The notes under the pieces: model-generated
Seen by the model: the letters and a program-made list of their open reading frames with translations, nothing else
Databases searched by the model: none
What the model was told of the DNA's origin: nothing
Program-made: the position numbers and the translations under genes
Assembly: GCA_963825865.1 (NCBI GenBank)
Contig: CAWGVG010000005.1
Span: 1 to 64,000, forward strand
Length of the DNA: 64,000 nt
Direction of reading: 5' to 3'
Source: an uncultured Nitrososphaeraceae archaeon
GTDB lineage: Archaea; Thermoproteota; Nitrososphaeria; Nitrososphaerales; Nitrososphaeraceae
Shown: piece by piece, positions 1-11,711 of the stretch
Layout of the letters: each line of letters opens with the position of its first letter
Numbering within the stretch: position 1 is the stretch's first letter

Positions 1-63
1 TTAGAGGTTATCGGTCAAGCCTTAACAACTAACCTGTTTGGACCTTGGAGGTTATCTCAAGTA
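1..63 (+). pseudogene. Possible short-chain dehydrogenase fragment running in from the window edge
   Basis: Frame 1 reads LEVIGQALTTNLFGPWRLSQV, resembling the SDR 'xTNLFGPxxLTQ' helix; similarity then stops. Confidence 0.3.
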
Positions 64-139
64 TGTATATTTATTACGTCGGAACTTCAGTGCCTGTACT
101 ACAATCAATTTGTCAATAGACCTGGCATCTCTACCTGTC

Positions 140-415
140 TCAATTACTAGGGCCATTACAAGGACTCCTTACGCCTACCACACAAATCCCCATGTGTGTA
201 CCGCCAACCGCGCTGCCACTGATACCATCACTAGACGTTTGTGCATTTATCATTATTGTCGATACAGATAATGAAAGTAGGCTTATTCCAATGATTAAAA
301 TTAAAAACATAAACATGGCATTCAATGGTAAAATTGTAGCAATAACTGCAATTGCACACTTGGGTTTTGTATGTTTGTTTTTATCTGGTGTTTCATTTCC
401 AATTCTTGCTCTCAT
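140..415 (-). CDS. Small secreted/membrane hypothetical protein
   Basis: Hydrophobic segment followed by NAQ (signal-peptide-like) and a short Cys-containing tail (GICVVGVRSPCNG). Confidence 0.4.
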   Translation of the reverse strand: MRARIGNETPDKNKHTKPKCAIAVIATILPLNAMFMFLILIIGISLLSLSVSTIMINAQTSSDGISGSAVGGTHMGICVVGVRSPCNGPSN

Positions 416-669
416 AAATGCATTTCAGCATAAGAGTACTTAAGAAGTAGGAGTTTTTTGCAACTAAATGTCGATTTTTTTATATAGTTTCGGTAATTCA
501 ACACAATAGTTACAACGTAAACAAATAATTGCACTGCAACTAAATTACATAAGATAATATAATAATAAATTGGTTTAAAATAATTTATTTAACAATGCTA
601 TACCATATTTGAGGTACTATAACTAACATAATAGAAAAAAACGAGAAAAACATCATAATCATCAGCCGC

Positions 670-1191
670 ACCAAAATGAAAGTATCACCTTTAGGTTAGA
701 CAGTATTATTTTAAATAAACTGCATCGTGAAGCAGACCAAAAAGATATCAGTGTCAATACATTAGTAAGTCATATAATAAGAAGATATATTGATTGGCAT
801 TCTAATGGCAGCAAAAGCTGGATTTGTTACTGTAAGGAGGGGATTGCTAATTAACCTCATAAATAGGCTCCCAGAGAAAGAGATATCTTCCATTGCAGAA
901 TATATAGCAAAGAAAGAAACCAAGGACTTTGTACTGCTACTAAGAAATGAATACAATATTGAATCGGCTTTAGATGTGATTGAAACTTGGATTAAAATAT
1001 CAGGCCATCCATATAGGCATGAAGTCAATTATACTCGACATTCGTATGTTATACAGCACGATATGGATAGAAACTGGTCTCTTTATATGGCAGAACAATA
1101 TAGATTTGTGTTTGAAGAATTTGGATTGAAAAGAGTAGAGTTTGACGTTAACGATAATACATTGGATTTTGTTGTTGATACTGAAAGATGA
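670..1191 (+). CDS. Thaumarchaeal-type hypothetical protein with an N-terminal ribbon-helix-helix-like segment (frameshift near 806)
   Basis: Upstream frame reads ESITFRLDSIILNKLHREADQKDISVNTLVSHIIRRYIDWHSN and joins ORF 790-1191 (AAKAGFV...) if one G in aatggcagca is removed; start uncertain. Confidence 0.6.
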
Positions 1192-1688
1192 CATATATGA
1201 AATTCATTGGTCTTCATTTTCCTTGCTTATTCAACATAGAGATATAGCTGATAATATATAAAGAAATGTCACAATGATAGTGTTTTGTTGATATAGAGTA
1301 TTTTTAGTGGAGTTCTCCCTATGTCTGTACAGCCCTTCCCTGAGCATTTGTCGTATACTTTGTGTAATTTAGCAAAAGGATAAAGAATGTAATGTTGCCC
1401 TGTTATATTATTCATTAGACCTATTGCGTAATTACGATAGAAAATCTCTTTATGATACTTAACTTTGGCTTGCTTGGTTTCTAAAGTAACATCATTTCTG
1501 CACCTATGAAAGTAATGCATGATGGTGGTAGAGAATTTACATCCAATAATTTCAAAAATTTTCGTATTTATGCTAATTGGTATAGTTTGCAACTATTTTC
1601 TCATATTATCAAGATTATACAAAACATCAGCATTTAGTTGCAAAGTACCCCTGTTATTTTAATACTCATTTACATAAATCTAAAACAT

Positions 1689-2118
1689 ATGAAAACATTA
1701 GCAATAACGATAACGATGATCTTGATCGTGCCGTTATTAGTAATAATACCAATTACAGTCAATAGCAATAACGCAAACGCGGCAGAGAGCTCCAACACAA
1801 GGGATGTAAAATACGGTCCGCCTATGGCATTATCAAGCGAACCTATCCGTGGTCCAGTTCTGGGAACCGCCTCCCCGTAGATAATGATTTTGATGATACA
1901 ATGATGCACACAGAGACTTTCACGGATTAAATGGTCATGGCTTTGACGATTCTACACATTTCAAAGGAGCTGATAAGGGACATTACAAATCCGGCTATAG
2001 TGAAGGATTTAACGATGCGGCTAATGATAAAAAGCTACCAATGTGCAAGGACAGAGTCGGCTTTGAGTGGCTCCCAATTCAACGATCATGGATGCGAAAG
2101 CTTTTTGGGAACGTGTAA
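1689..2118 (+). CDS. Small secreted hypothetical protein, frameshifted
   Basis: MKTLAITITMILIVPLLV...NANA signal peptide; a downstream frame reads HYKSGYSEGFNDAANDKK. Confidence 0.35.
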
Positions 2119-2189
2119 TTTGTTCCAAACCGACATTTTTATTTTATCCTTTCGAATTTCCTTCTTATGGCAATAAATGCTGTACCTAG

Positions 2190-2720
2190 TATGGGTATAC
2201 TTACTATGCGTTCTATAGTATCATAGGTATTGGTCGCTGACCTAGGAAATTGAAAGTAAGGCAGCAAAACTATCTACTATTCTATCCATTATGCTACAAG
2301 GAGAATGAACAGGAACAGAACATACTCCAAGATAATGTCTCAAAAGTAAAAATACAAGAATAGTGGCAGGTGTCCATACAATCAATGGCAGGAAATAACT
2401 TTCTCCATATAATGCTAGGAGCTTATAAAGTGAATATGGTATAGATGATAACTTTTGTCTTGCAGTACCATTTGATAGAGACTTTCTTATTGCCTCCATT
2501 TCACCTATAAAGAAGTTAGAAGCTACATTGAACAGCAGTTTAGATTCATAATTCTTTCTTAGTTGGTTGTATATCTTTGATACTTCTTCATAGTTGCCAT
2601 TTTTGTATAGCATTATCTCATCAACAACAACGTTTCTAGTAATGAAAATCAGTTCCTTTGTTTTCTGCCATTTAACGTTATGGAATTCTACATTCGAAAG
2701 GTCAACACCCTTAAAGGATC
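2190..2720 (-). pseudogene. C-terminal fragment of a pentapeptide-repeat protein with membrane tail
   Basis: SFKGVDLSNVEFHNVKW...IYNQLRKNYE...ASNFFIGEME...LALYGESYFLP followed by a TM helix; N-terminus missing. Confidence 0.6.
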
Positions 2721-2971
2721 ATAGTAACCTATAAAATATAATCAATAAAAAATTCATGTCATAGAAATAAGTGTGTATTAATCCTGTTATGAGTTTAATT
2801 TGAAATAAGTCTGTAGCAGGTGGAAACAAGCAGTAACAAGGAGGCAGCAGGGATAACAAAATTGGTAACAGGTGGTAGCAGTCCTTATCATTCTTTTTTA
2901 TTGTATATTTAATAAACAAGTTAGATGGTAATAACAAGCACGCATTTCGTCGTCAAGTAAGATTAGGTATA

Positions 2972-4055
2972 ATGCGCTTATTCAAAGACGCAGTAGAACG
3001 TGGTGTAAGAGTTAGAATATTAATTCCTGCTGATCAAAATGAGGTAATACAAATAGTAAACGAAGTAAATTTGGTATTGCCTCAGCTAGATATTGGAGGC
3101 GTCGACAAAAGTTTAGAAAGTACAGTTGGAATTCTAGTAGTTGATAGAAAAGAATCTCTAATTATCGAGACAAAGGACGATTCAAAAGATAATTCGTATG
3201 ATGCAGCAGGATTAGCTCCATACTCTAATAGCAAACCAATTGCTTTAGCATATGCTTCTATATTTGACAGTCTTTGGAAACAGACAGAACTACATCAAAA
3301 ATTAAGCAAGATGTATGAGCAACTAAGAATTCATGATAGAATGCAAAAAGAATTTATCGATATAGCAGCACATGAATTACGAACACCTATCCAGCCAATA
3401 CTTGGATTAACTGGAGAACTTCTTCGTTCTAATAATGGCAGAGATAGAAGATCAGCAGCAGAACAAGATGAATTATTGGATGTTATAATGAGGAATGCAA
3501 GGAGATTGCATAGACTTGCTGACGACATTTTAGACGTTACAAAAATTGAAAGTGAGTCACTAAACCTAAAGAAGGAGTTTTTCAACTTAAACGATGTAAT
3601 AGCAAATACCATAGACGACATAGAAGCAAACATTGCTAAGAAGGGCCAACAAGGAGACCTTATAAAATTAGTATATCAGCCTCGCGATATATTCATACAA
3701 GCGGATAAAGCAAGAATAGCTCAAGTAGTTTTCAACATTCTAAGTAATGCTGTTAAATTTACAGAAGCAAAAGTCAATGGAGGAGAAGGAGAAAGAGGAA
3801 TTATAAATATTAACACTGAAAAGGTTGACGATGACGGTCAGGCTATTGTCAGTATCAAGGACACAGGTATCGGTATAGACTCGGATAATGCCTAGGTTAT
3901 TCGAAAAGTTTGCATCAAAATCTTTTCAGGGTACAGGATTAGGGTTGTATATTTGTAAAAGCATTGTAGAAGCCCAGGGTGGCAAGATATGGGCTGAGAA
4001 TAATATTGATGGTAAAGGAGCCACATTTTCCTTTAGTTTACCGATTACTAATTGA
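2972..4055 (+). CDS. Sensor histidine kinase (HisKA + HATPase_c), frameshift near 3890, probably N-terminally truncated
   Basis: H-box AAHELRTPIQPILG, N-box NILSNAVKFT, G1 DTGIGI; the next frame gives FEKF..GTGLGLYICKSIVEAQGGKIWAEN..GATFSFSLP ending at TGA 4053-4055. Confidence 0.9.
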
Positions 4056-4788
4056 CCTACCAATAATATAATAATCTACTTGCTATTACTAGTCTAATTA
4101 AAGTCTGGGCCCTTTTATTACGTCAAATTTGTTCCCAATCTCGACGGAGCCTTTCCGATATTAGTGTCTTTTAGTAATGTAGAATGTGCTATAAACATTT
4201 AATTAATTTATATTTATCACATTCCGTAAGATTTAATCTTATATAATAACAAGAACTATATTATAAAAATAAAAATATTACCACTAACAGAATTACGAAT
4301 TGCAACAAGTGATGAAGAGATGACATTAGATAAAACAGAGTATTCGATGGACTTGCTTGATAGCCTTAGACTTTCTATGGAATATATCGTTTATTGATGT
4401 TTGGTTGGTTCAGATAAAGCAGTAGCACAACTACAATCAGTTACTTCAGAACTTTAACTACTATGTACAACTACCTCAGCTATCAACTATTGCCGTGAAT
4501 AGTTTTCATTCAACAACAATACCACCAAATAATGCTACTACTACTGACATCAAGTCCAATGTACCACTTTCATCACTAAACCCGTCTCAAAATGGAAGAT
4601 CTTAACCTAGGACAGAAGATTTCTCCATAATTAATTAGATCTGGCGCCTTAGCTCAATCTACGAATTAATGTGATTAGCAGAAATAAATATTGATAATAG
4701 CTAGAATCTCGTCCTTATTTCCTCTACTTTTTCATGATTGAGTAACGACGATAACACTATGATCATCATTGAGTGATTTTAGTAGTAG

Positions 4789-5307
4789 TTATGGTAATTC
4801 AGATGCCTCATCTGGTGTTATTGATCTTGGTGACGAAGGCGGCGTTATTGGTTTTGGCGATTGTGAAGGCGGCGTTATTGGTTTTGGCGATTGTGAAGGC
4901 GGCGTTATTGGTTTTGGCGATTGTGAAGGCGGCGTTATTGGTGACGTTGTTGTTGTATCGTTTCTTGTTGATTTTGGAAGACCGCAAACCTCTGACTCAG
5001 TTGAATTAACAAATTCCAGTTTTGGGTTATTAGGATCACACATTTGTGCTTTTATCTCTGGTGATATGGTAGTAGTGCCAGCTGAACCAGGTGGAGAAGG
5101 TGGTGGCGGTGGTGGTGGAACAAAAGGTAGTATAGGAGATATAGGTGATGATTGTTCTTCCTGTTGGGCTTGGCTCACATTAATAATGCCAATTCCTAGC
5201 ACTGCACTAACAGCAGCTGCTCCTACAATAACAACAACAGCAAATAATGCTATTCTCACAGATCTGACAGTTGTATTCATTTTTATATGGTATACATATA
5301 TGGTCAA
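4789..5307 (-). CDS. Secreted Pro/Ser/Thr-rich protein with PITPPSQSPK repeats
   Basis: Signal peptide, poly-Pro, CDPNNPKLEFVNSTESEVC core; a paralogous N-terminus starts at 63834. Confidence 0.7.
   Translation of the reverse strand: MTIYVYHIKMNTTVRSVRIALFAVVVIVGAAAVSAVLGIGIINVSQAQQEEQSSPISPILPFVPPPPPPPSPPGSAGTTTISPEIKAQMCDPNNPKLEFVNSTESEVCGLPKSTRNDTTTTSPITPPSQSPKPITPPSQSPKPITPPSQSPKPITPPSSPRSITPDEASELP
4835..4942. repeat. 30-bp in-frame tandem repeat, about 3.5 copies
   Basis: gaaggcggcgttattggttttggcgattgt repeated head-to-tail. Confidence 0.95.
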
Positions 5308-5456
5308 AACAAATATTTAATGTAAATGCGCAAATTTACTAATACAAAAATAACAATAGCCATAAACTAATAAAATACACAGAAAATGCTGCGATACGGA
5401 CATCGAAACGCTGCCTGGTATAAGATAATCATTAATCACAATATCTTTCTTATATA

Positions 5457-6110
5457 ATGTTGTACTATTGTTTTAGCACAATGAATCACAAGATTTCTTC
5501 ATCGTTAGAAATATCAGCTGTATTGGCAATAGGAATGACAGTCATATTTGCTTCACCTTTATCTGCAAGTGCAATTGTTGGTATGACTTATCCACAACAA
5601 CAACAACGAGTTACCAGCTTCCCTGATCAGTATGGCGGCGGTATGAATAAACCAGGAGTATATGCAGCAGGAACAATTGCAAGTTTACAAAATGATAAAA
5701 ATGGTAAACCTGCATGGATAGTTTCAGGTTTTTGGAAAGGCAGTTTGACAAACCTGACTTCCCCAATGTCTAGTAGTAGTAACAATACAACTACCAATAA
5801 GAATCTCCCAACTGCAACATTCAATGCGATATTTAACATGGTGATGCTAAATGGAACCGCTCTGCACAAACATCAGATATCCAACTTTACATTGACGAGT
5901 ATATCAATGCCAAATGAAAAAACAGTTGTATCTAATGGGACTGCTACAATAACAATGAAGGAAGGGCCAGTTAATGCTGTCCCATTAAGCGTAAGGACAA
6001 TGGAGGATAACGTAATAAGTATCATGCCAGATCCAGCTAAGACAAAAGATCACTTTGGAAACACGCCAATATATGGCACAATTACCGAAGATGTTCGCAT
6101 AAAGAAGTAA
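5457..6110 (+). CDS. Secreted hypothetical protein of thaumarchaeal type
   Basis: Signal peptide; GTIASLQND..WIVSGFW..FNMVMLNGTALHKHQISNF..HFGNTPIYG; T-rich tract after the stop. Confidence 0.75.
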   Translation: MLYYCFSTMNHKISSSLEISAVLAIGMTVIFASPLSASAIVGMTYPQQQQRVTSFPDQYGGGMNKPGVYAAGTIASLQNDKNGKPAWIVSGFWKGSLTNLTSPMSSSSNNTTTNKNLPTATFNAIFNMVMLNGTALHKHQISNFTLTSISMPNEKTVVSNGTATITMKEGPVNAVPLSVRTMEDNVISIMPDPAKTKDHFGNTPIYGTITEDVRIKK

Positions 6111-6251
6111 AACAGTCTATCACATCTCATTTTTTAATTTGTAGAAAATGAAAGGAATTTACAAAGGTATATAGCAATATATCCTAACCTAGATATTGCT
6201 AGCAAAAATACAAATACATAAAGCTGTCTTTCACAAAGGAAATATGCATAT

Positions 6252-6360
6252 TTGAACGAGGGCGTGGATAATAACAGAAACAAACTGGAAATTGAAGAAA
6301 GAAGAAATATAGCTTCTTCTCTTTTAGCTCAACCAATAAATGAAAATGAGGTACAAGACC
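6252..6360 (+). pseudogene. N-terminal fragment of the multicopy HTH protein family
   Basis: NKLEIEERRNIASSLLAQPINENE resembles the IRERRQRVWTLL start of 52247-52699. Confidence 0.4.
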
Positions 6361-6605
6361 TGTTGTGATTATCAAAAAGCCAACTCACTTAAATATATGT
6401 AACTCTTTTTTTGCTACAAAAGCTCCCGTCAAAATATTTGCCTGATATAGTCATGATACCGTTTTGTACATGAAATACTCCTTATAACAAATCAAATGAC
6501 AAAGTTGTTTGTGTCGGAAGGTACAGACAGTGTTTGCTTAACTTAACAGGATATCTATACTCACAAGCTTATACTAATGTATACTCACAAGCTTCTTTAG
6601 TAGAA

Positions 6606-6910
6606 TCAAAGCCACTCCTTATATGCTTCCAAGTACTTGGAATATTTTTCGTCAAGAATTGCCATGTTTCAGCGAGCCATCTTGTATTCATCCTCTTCTA
6701 CTCTGACCTTTGCCAGAACACACGACCCACCTTTATTGGTATCAAAGCCGGTCAACAAGATCTCCTTTTGTCCAACCTTGCATTTACAGGGAAGATCTAT
6801 TGCGTCCTCAAGATAAGCGCACCAGCCTGCTATCTGTTCGTATTCACCATAGCAATCAGTGGTTGCTTCCTCAGCTATCCTTTCTAACTCTCTTTTTAAA
6901 CCCCTCAAGG
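6606..6910 (-). CDS. CcbP-like (calcium-binding protein family) small protein, frameshifted
   Basis: ERIAEEATTDCYGEYEQIAGWCAYLEDAIDLP...; the next frame ends KYLEAYKEWL*. Confidence 0.55.
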
Positions 6911-7206
6911 CAGCAACGGTACATACTACAGGAGTAATTAAAAGACTATGTGATTGAAAACACTGAAAAATGTTCATGGTGTGAATTACTACTACACAGA
7001 TTATTATTTGGGCATAAATCATTTTTTCATGCACTATATAGCACATACTAGTTTCTCTGATAAAGAAACTGGACAGCTCCCAATTCATAGACTACAATAA
7101 AACAACAGCTACACTTTCCATTCTGCCATCCATCTATAGACGAAAGTTACAGAACCATTATTATAGGATCACCCCTACTTTCACTTACAAACCTTCCCAT
7201 TCGATT

Positions 7207-7258
7207 TTAAGAGGTTTTCTTCAATTTTTTAATTTCAGAAAAAAATTAAAATCTCCTT
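7207..7258. repeat. Dispersed ~50-bp hairpin-forming repeat, copy 1
   Basis: ttaagaggttttcttcaattttttaatttcagaaaa(aaa)ttaaaatctcctt also occurs at 62138-62186. Confidence 0.85.
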
Positions 7259-7751
7259 CTTCCAGCCACACTACTTCCAGAATCCAGCCACATCCATTCT
7301 TCCAGCACATCGATTCATCTAATAAGGTACACAAGGGTAGTGATAGTAGTAGCACTAACAGCGCTAGTATTAGTGATCATGTAACGAATAAGATAAAGGT
7401 ACATGACAGCAAGGATGATAACAACTACTCAAATGGACTTGCAAATAACATTATTAAAGATGTAAAAGTAGGTCGTGGTATTATCTGGTACAGTTATAAC
7501 AAGAAGTAACACCATCTAAATTCTTGTCGGTAAATACTAGGTTTTTGGTTTTAATCAGTGGCAGGACAAGCAATATGACGTTTGTTCGATAACATAACTC
7601 ACGATATGTTAAGCTCATAATATGTTGTACCAGTATGAATGGTCTGAAGAATATACAAGAATCGTTCGGTCTCTTGTAGTTGCAAATTTTATCCCCTGCG
7701 CAATACTATTTATCAGAGGCTGGTTTTGTATATTAAGTACAATATTTGATG

Positions 7752-8713
7752 GGCTCTGTAGAAATCAACAATTTTTCTCATAAACACCAAAGCTTTGTAA
7801 TAGCCTAATACAATATACCTGTTGAAAGAATCAAGATATATCAGATTAGCAAATACCATGTTACGTGTTTTAAGAAATACTAGAATAGCGCTATATCTCC
7901 ATAGAAAGAGTAATCACATATTCACGGTATGGCAACATATTGTATTACTTGCAATAAGACAATACGAAGGTAAAAGTTATAGAATGTTTGTGGAATGGCT
8001 AGTTGAAGCGTATTATCTCAGAATGTTTCTTCAGTTATCGCATATTCCACATTATACCACTCTTCAAAAGTTTGTCTCAGAGAATAAATGGTACATTATT
8101 GGAGAAGATAATTTCATCGTTCATATATTGTTACTTAGCAATATCAAAAGATTATTCGTTGGCATAGATTCATCAGGATTCAAAGTAACGAAAGCTTCAC
8201 AATATTATACAGATAGAACAAAATTGAGAAAGAAATATGTTAAATTATCATTGGGTGCAGATATGTTGCAACAAATCATATGTACAATTAAAATCAGGCG
8301 TGCTCCTACAAGACATGATAACGTAGATTTTCGACCACTGATAACAAAGATAGCAAAAATCCTACCATTGTCAGTAGTTGTTGCTGACAGAGGATATGAC
8401 AGTGAAGACAACCATCTTTTGGTAAGAGAAGACTTACATGCATTCAGTGTGATACCTGCAAGATATGAACATGTGCAGATATGGAGAACACATGGTAAAT
8501 ATAGGAAACAGATGAAGCGTGGCTATTCCAAACTGTTGTACAATCAACGAAACAAGGATGAAACCATAATATCAGTCATAAAAAGATTATTTGGAGAACA
8601 CATTACTTCAAGACTAGTGAGAACACAAAACAGGGAATTATCATTCAGATGCATCGCCTACAACATGCACAGATTAACTAACCTTACTATAATCACATGG
8701 TTTCTACTGAGCC
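7752..8713 (+). mobile_element. IS5-family insertion sequence
   Basis: Terminal inverted repeats GGCTCTGTAGAAA / TTTCTACTGAGCC enclose a DDE transposase. Confidence 0.85.
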
Positions 8714-8724
8714 ATTGCCGTTAA
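7822..8724 (+). CDS. IS5-family DDE transposase (compensating frameshifts around 8075-8125)
   Basis: GIDSSG, ADRGYDSE, YNQRNKDETIISVIKR (Y-x2-R-x3-E-x6-K); an alternative frame reads RINGTLLEKIISSFI in the middle. Confidence 0.9.
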   Translation: MKESRYIRLANTMLRVLRNTRIALYLHRKSNHIFTVWQHIVLLAIRQYEGKSYRMFVEWLVEAYYLRMFLQLSHIPHYTTLQKFVSENKWYIIGEDNFIVHILLLSNIKRLFVGIDSSGFKVTKASQYYTDRTKLRKKYVKLSLGADMLQQIICTIKIRRAPTRHDNVDFRPLITKIAKILPLSVVVADRGYDSEDNHLLVREDLHAFSVIPARYEHVQIWRTHGKYRKQMKRGYSKLLYNQRNKDETIISVIKRLFGEHITSRLVRTQNRELSFRCIAYNMHRLTNLTIITWFLLSHCR

Positions 8725-9089
8725 ATGGCTATAAATAATAATGGTTTTACTTTTATTTTACCGAGCCAATATTATATATATTCATGCCTAAATTGACACA
8801 GTCTAAACTAATTCACTCTATATTATCAACTAGGCAAAACTTATCATAACTTCATGATCAAAGTTGTAACCTTCAGCAACTAAGAATTAATCTATGGTCT
8901 TACATGTATGGTATGTACTATTGAATAATCAGATTGATAAGCGGTACACGTACCTATTAATTTGGTAGCTCGCATGAGTACTTAAAGGTATAGCAAATAT
9001 GCCCAATGTGAGAATACCTAGCGATTTGAAAATATAATCGTACCAGACTAGTTGCTGTAAATGCAAAATTATAAAATTAAAGTGGTTAT

Positions 9090-9356
9090 TTAGAATAAAG
9101 AGTATTGATAATTGTGCAGGACTTTGTCATTGTATTTTATATAACCAGCACAGTCAGAAGAGAAGTTAACGCTGTAATGATTTAACACAGAAACTTCATT
9201 AGATATTTTCTTTGCTGGTCCACCCTCCTCAGTAATAGCATATAGACCAGGACCTAGATCTATGATTTCGCTGGACTCGTTACCCAGAAATGCACTAGGT
9301 TGATTATTTTTACCATTTACATGAATGGTGAAATTAGACGTCTGTTTTGATACCAA
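9090..9356 (-). pseudogene. Fragment of a beta-sandwich surface-protein domain
   Basis: NFTIHVNG..PSAFLGNESS..LGPGLYAITEE..FSSDCAG..CTI pattern; no signal peptide. Confidence 0.45.
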
Positions 9357-9382
9357 TAGTATGAGTTGTGAAGCAGCTCAAT

Positions 9383-9877
9383 CTATCCTTGTATTATAGT
9401 CACAGAAAGGCATTGATTCAATAACTGCTCTGTTATGTTAGGAATGTCGAATATCTCTGATTGGGTTACAAAGCACGTTCCAGCTGTATTTGCATTCACC
9501 ACAATAGTTTCCTCATTATTATTATTGTCATGCACTACCACTGTTCTAACATCATTGTTATCATCGTTGTTATTATCATGTATGACTAGTTTATTGTTAT
9601 CATCGTTGTTATTATCATGTATGACTAGTTTATTGTTATCATCGTTGTTATTGAATTTAAAATTGTCTGAACCTTTGAAATCATTACCCTTGCCAAGGTC
9701 ACCATCGCTTATATGTTTGAAACTGCTGCCGCCATCTTTGTGACTGAGCTACCACCTTTACCACGATCGCCGCTACCGCCAAATTCCTTTGCTGCTGCCT
9801 ATGTTTGGTGTCATTATTACAATCACGCTTGACACCAACACAACCGCTATGAGTATTGTTTCTACTAATTTCTTCAT
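9383..9877 (-). CDS. Secreted Asn/Asp/His-rich low-complexity protein, frameshifted
   Basis: MKKLVETILIAVVLVSSVIVIM signal, KLVIHDNNNDDNN repeats, C-terminal TCFVTQ...NQCLSVTIIQG*. Confidence 0.6.
9554..9652. repeat. 39-bp in-frame tandem repeat, about 2.5 copies
   Basis: attgttatcatcgttgttattatcatgtatgactagttt repeated. Confidence 0.9.
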
Positions 9878-10157
9878 TTTTTACCTCAATATACGATGAT
9901 CCTTGCTTACTCATATTAATGTCGGATAATATATCAGATATTAGATAGATAGCTATGTTCTATACATTCGTTATAGAATCCGGTAAGAATATCATTACTA
10001 TTAATTTTTGAATTAACCATGTTAAGAGCTATGTATTCCAGATGATGAGAGAAATGAGGAAGGAAAAAATGTAGATTATGAGGTAAATCCTCAAACAAAA
10101 CGCTGGAAAGCGATCTGACTTTGCTCCATTCCTTTAGGTGATTCAACCTTATGTGCC

Positions 10158-11560
10158 CGTAAACTTACCAATCCACAAGCAGCCTTCGCCTTCGATCTAG
10201 AAGGTCCTGATAGCCGTGCACTAAAGATACCCGTAAAGTTTCAAAACTACATTATAGATGGAGCACCAAAAATCAGTAGTGAAGAAGGTGCAGGAGAAAT
10301 GGCTGAACTTTACTGGATGGCGATATGTAGGGATGTTAACTTCTCAAAATATGATAATGACAATGATATCCATGATGCGGTAACTGATCTGGGCTCAAAT
10401 CATTATACCAATTTTCCAGTCCCTCCATACCCTACAGGGATAACTGCAAAGACCATATTTCGCGGTGCTTTTCCTGGAGATTTAGACGGACCGTTTATCT
10501 CCCAATTTCTATTAAGAGGAAATGATGATGCACTTTTTAGCGATAATCTTGCTAATGCAAGAAAAGTAGTGCATGGATATATCAAATATGGTTCGCGTAG
10601 CATAGATCAACGACAAGAAACAGTAAAAGACGGACTAGATTTCATAAAGACATATGATGAATGGATTTCACTTCAAAATGGTTCTGATCCCAGAGGTACC
10701 CCGATACCGGTGCTAATACTTGCAAATATGATCCTCAATGCGGCCTTACACCTCTTCCACCTGTTGCAAGTGATGGTCGTGGTCGCTTTATAAGAAACTT
10801 GCGAGATCTGTCGTAACTATGTACATTATGACGATCTGCCACAGGGGTTTCCGAATGCTTGTTTGATACTAAAGCATTTAGGTATTCCTCTCGGCCATGA
10901 TCAGCCATGTGCTCCCCAGCCGCATGGACCAGTAGGAGACGGTAATCCATATCTTAATTCACGTAATCAGGAGGCAATTGCAACATTTGGCGATCAATAT
11001 ATTCTTACTCTTGTAGCAGAGGTAGCACGCAGGGCTCTTTATGCTGCATGGTTTCAAAAGTGGTTTGTACATAGGAGGTTACGCCCGGAGGCATTTGCCT
11101 GGACTTATTTTTAGAAAGAGAGCGGATCCTACTCTCAATTATCCTATCAATGCAGGGATTTTAACCTCCCCGGTATTAACTGAAATTGAAACAAAGTACG
11201 GATCTGTATTACTTCCTCAAGCCTATCCTGAAGGTTCAGCCATGCATCCTTCCTATCCGTCAGGTCAAGCAACTATCGGTGGTGCTTGTGTAACTGTACC
11301 TAAGGCGTATTTTGATGAGAAACAAAATATTCCAAATCCAGTACAGGTAGACGAAAGCCTTGATGGTACCCCTGATGAAGGTAAAAGCCTCAAACCATAT
11401 TCTGGTACTCTAACAGTAGGAAATGAATTGAACAAATTGGCTAGTAACATTGCTGTTGGTCGAAACGCTGCAGGTATCCATTATCGTAGTGATTATGTAC
11501 AAGGTACTGCGTGGTGAGGAAGTTGCAATTCGTCTGCTTCAAGACCAAGCAAATACATAT
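10158..11560 (+). pseudogene. Vanadium-dependent haloperoxidase (bromoperoxidase-like), several frameshifts, N-terminus missing
   Basis: RKLTNPQAAFAFDLEGPD, AGEMAELYWMA..RDV, WFQKWFVHRRLRPEAF, HPSYPSGQAT, RNAAGIHYRSD spread across ORFs 10299, 10863 and 11041. Confidence 0.85.
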
Positions 11561-11711
11561 TGCCGTTGCTGTGTTTCCATAATACATTGTTCTATAGTAA
11601 TCTTTTAAACTTTTTATATTCATGTCATAAATGGATAAATAAATAGGTCATGCTCGTGACCATTCCCTATATGAAATGGCGTAAGAAGCAGTTGGTGGCA
11701 CATGCCAAGAC

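Noticed and set aside
4646-4665. ggcgccttagctcaatct resembling a tRNA 5' end
   Set aside because: No D-loop GG, anticodon arm or T arm follows; too short to exclude chance.
4835-4942. 30-bp repeats as a CRISPR array
   Set aside because: Head-to-tail with no spacers, in frame inside a CDS, and no cas genes in the window.
4769-5320. Plus-strand ORFs with GGVIGFGDCE or KAALLVLAIV repeats
   Set aside because: Antisense shadows of the minus-strand secreted protein, which has a signal peptide and a paralog at 63834.
6556-6595. 15-bp direct repeat tatactcacaagctt x2
   Set aside because: A single local duplication with no further copies or associated element.
9554-9652. 39-bp repeats as a CRISPR array or iterons
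   Set aside because: No unique spacers; the unit is a multiple of three and encodes a peptide repeat.
9435-9743. Leu/Ser-rich plus-strand ORF
   Set aside because: Shadow of the minus-strand Asn/Asp repeat protein.
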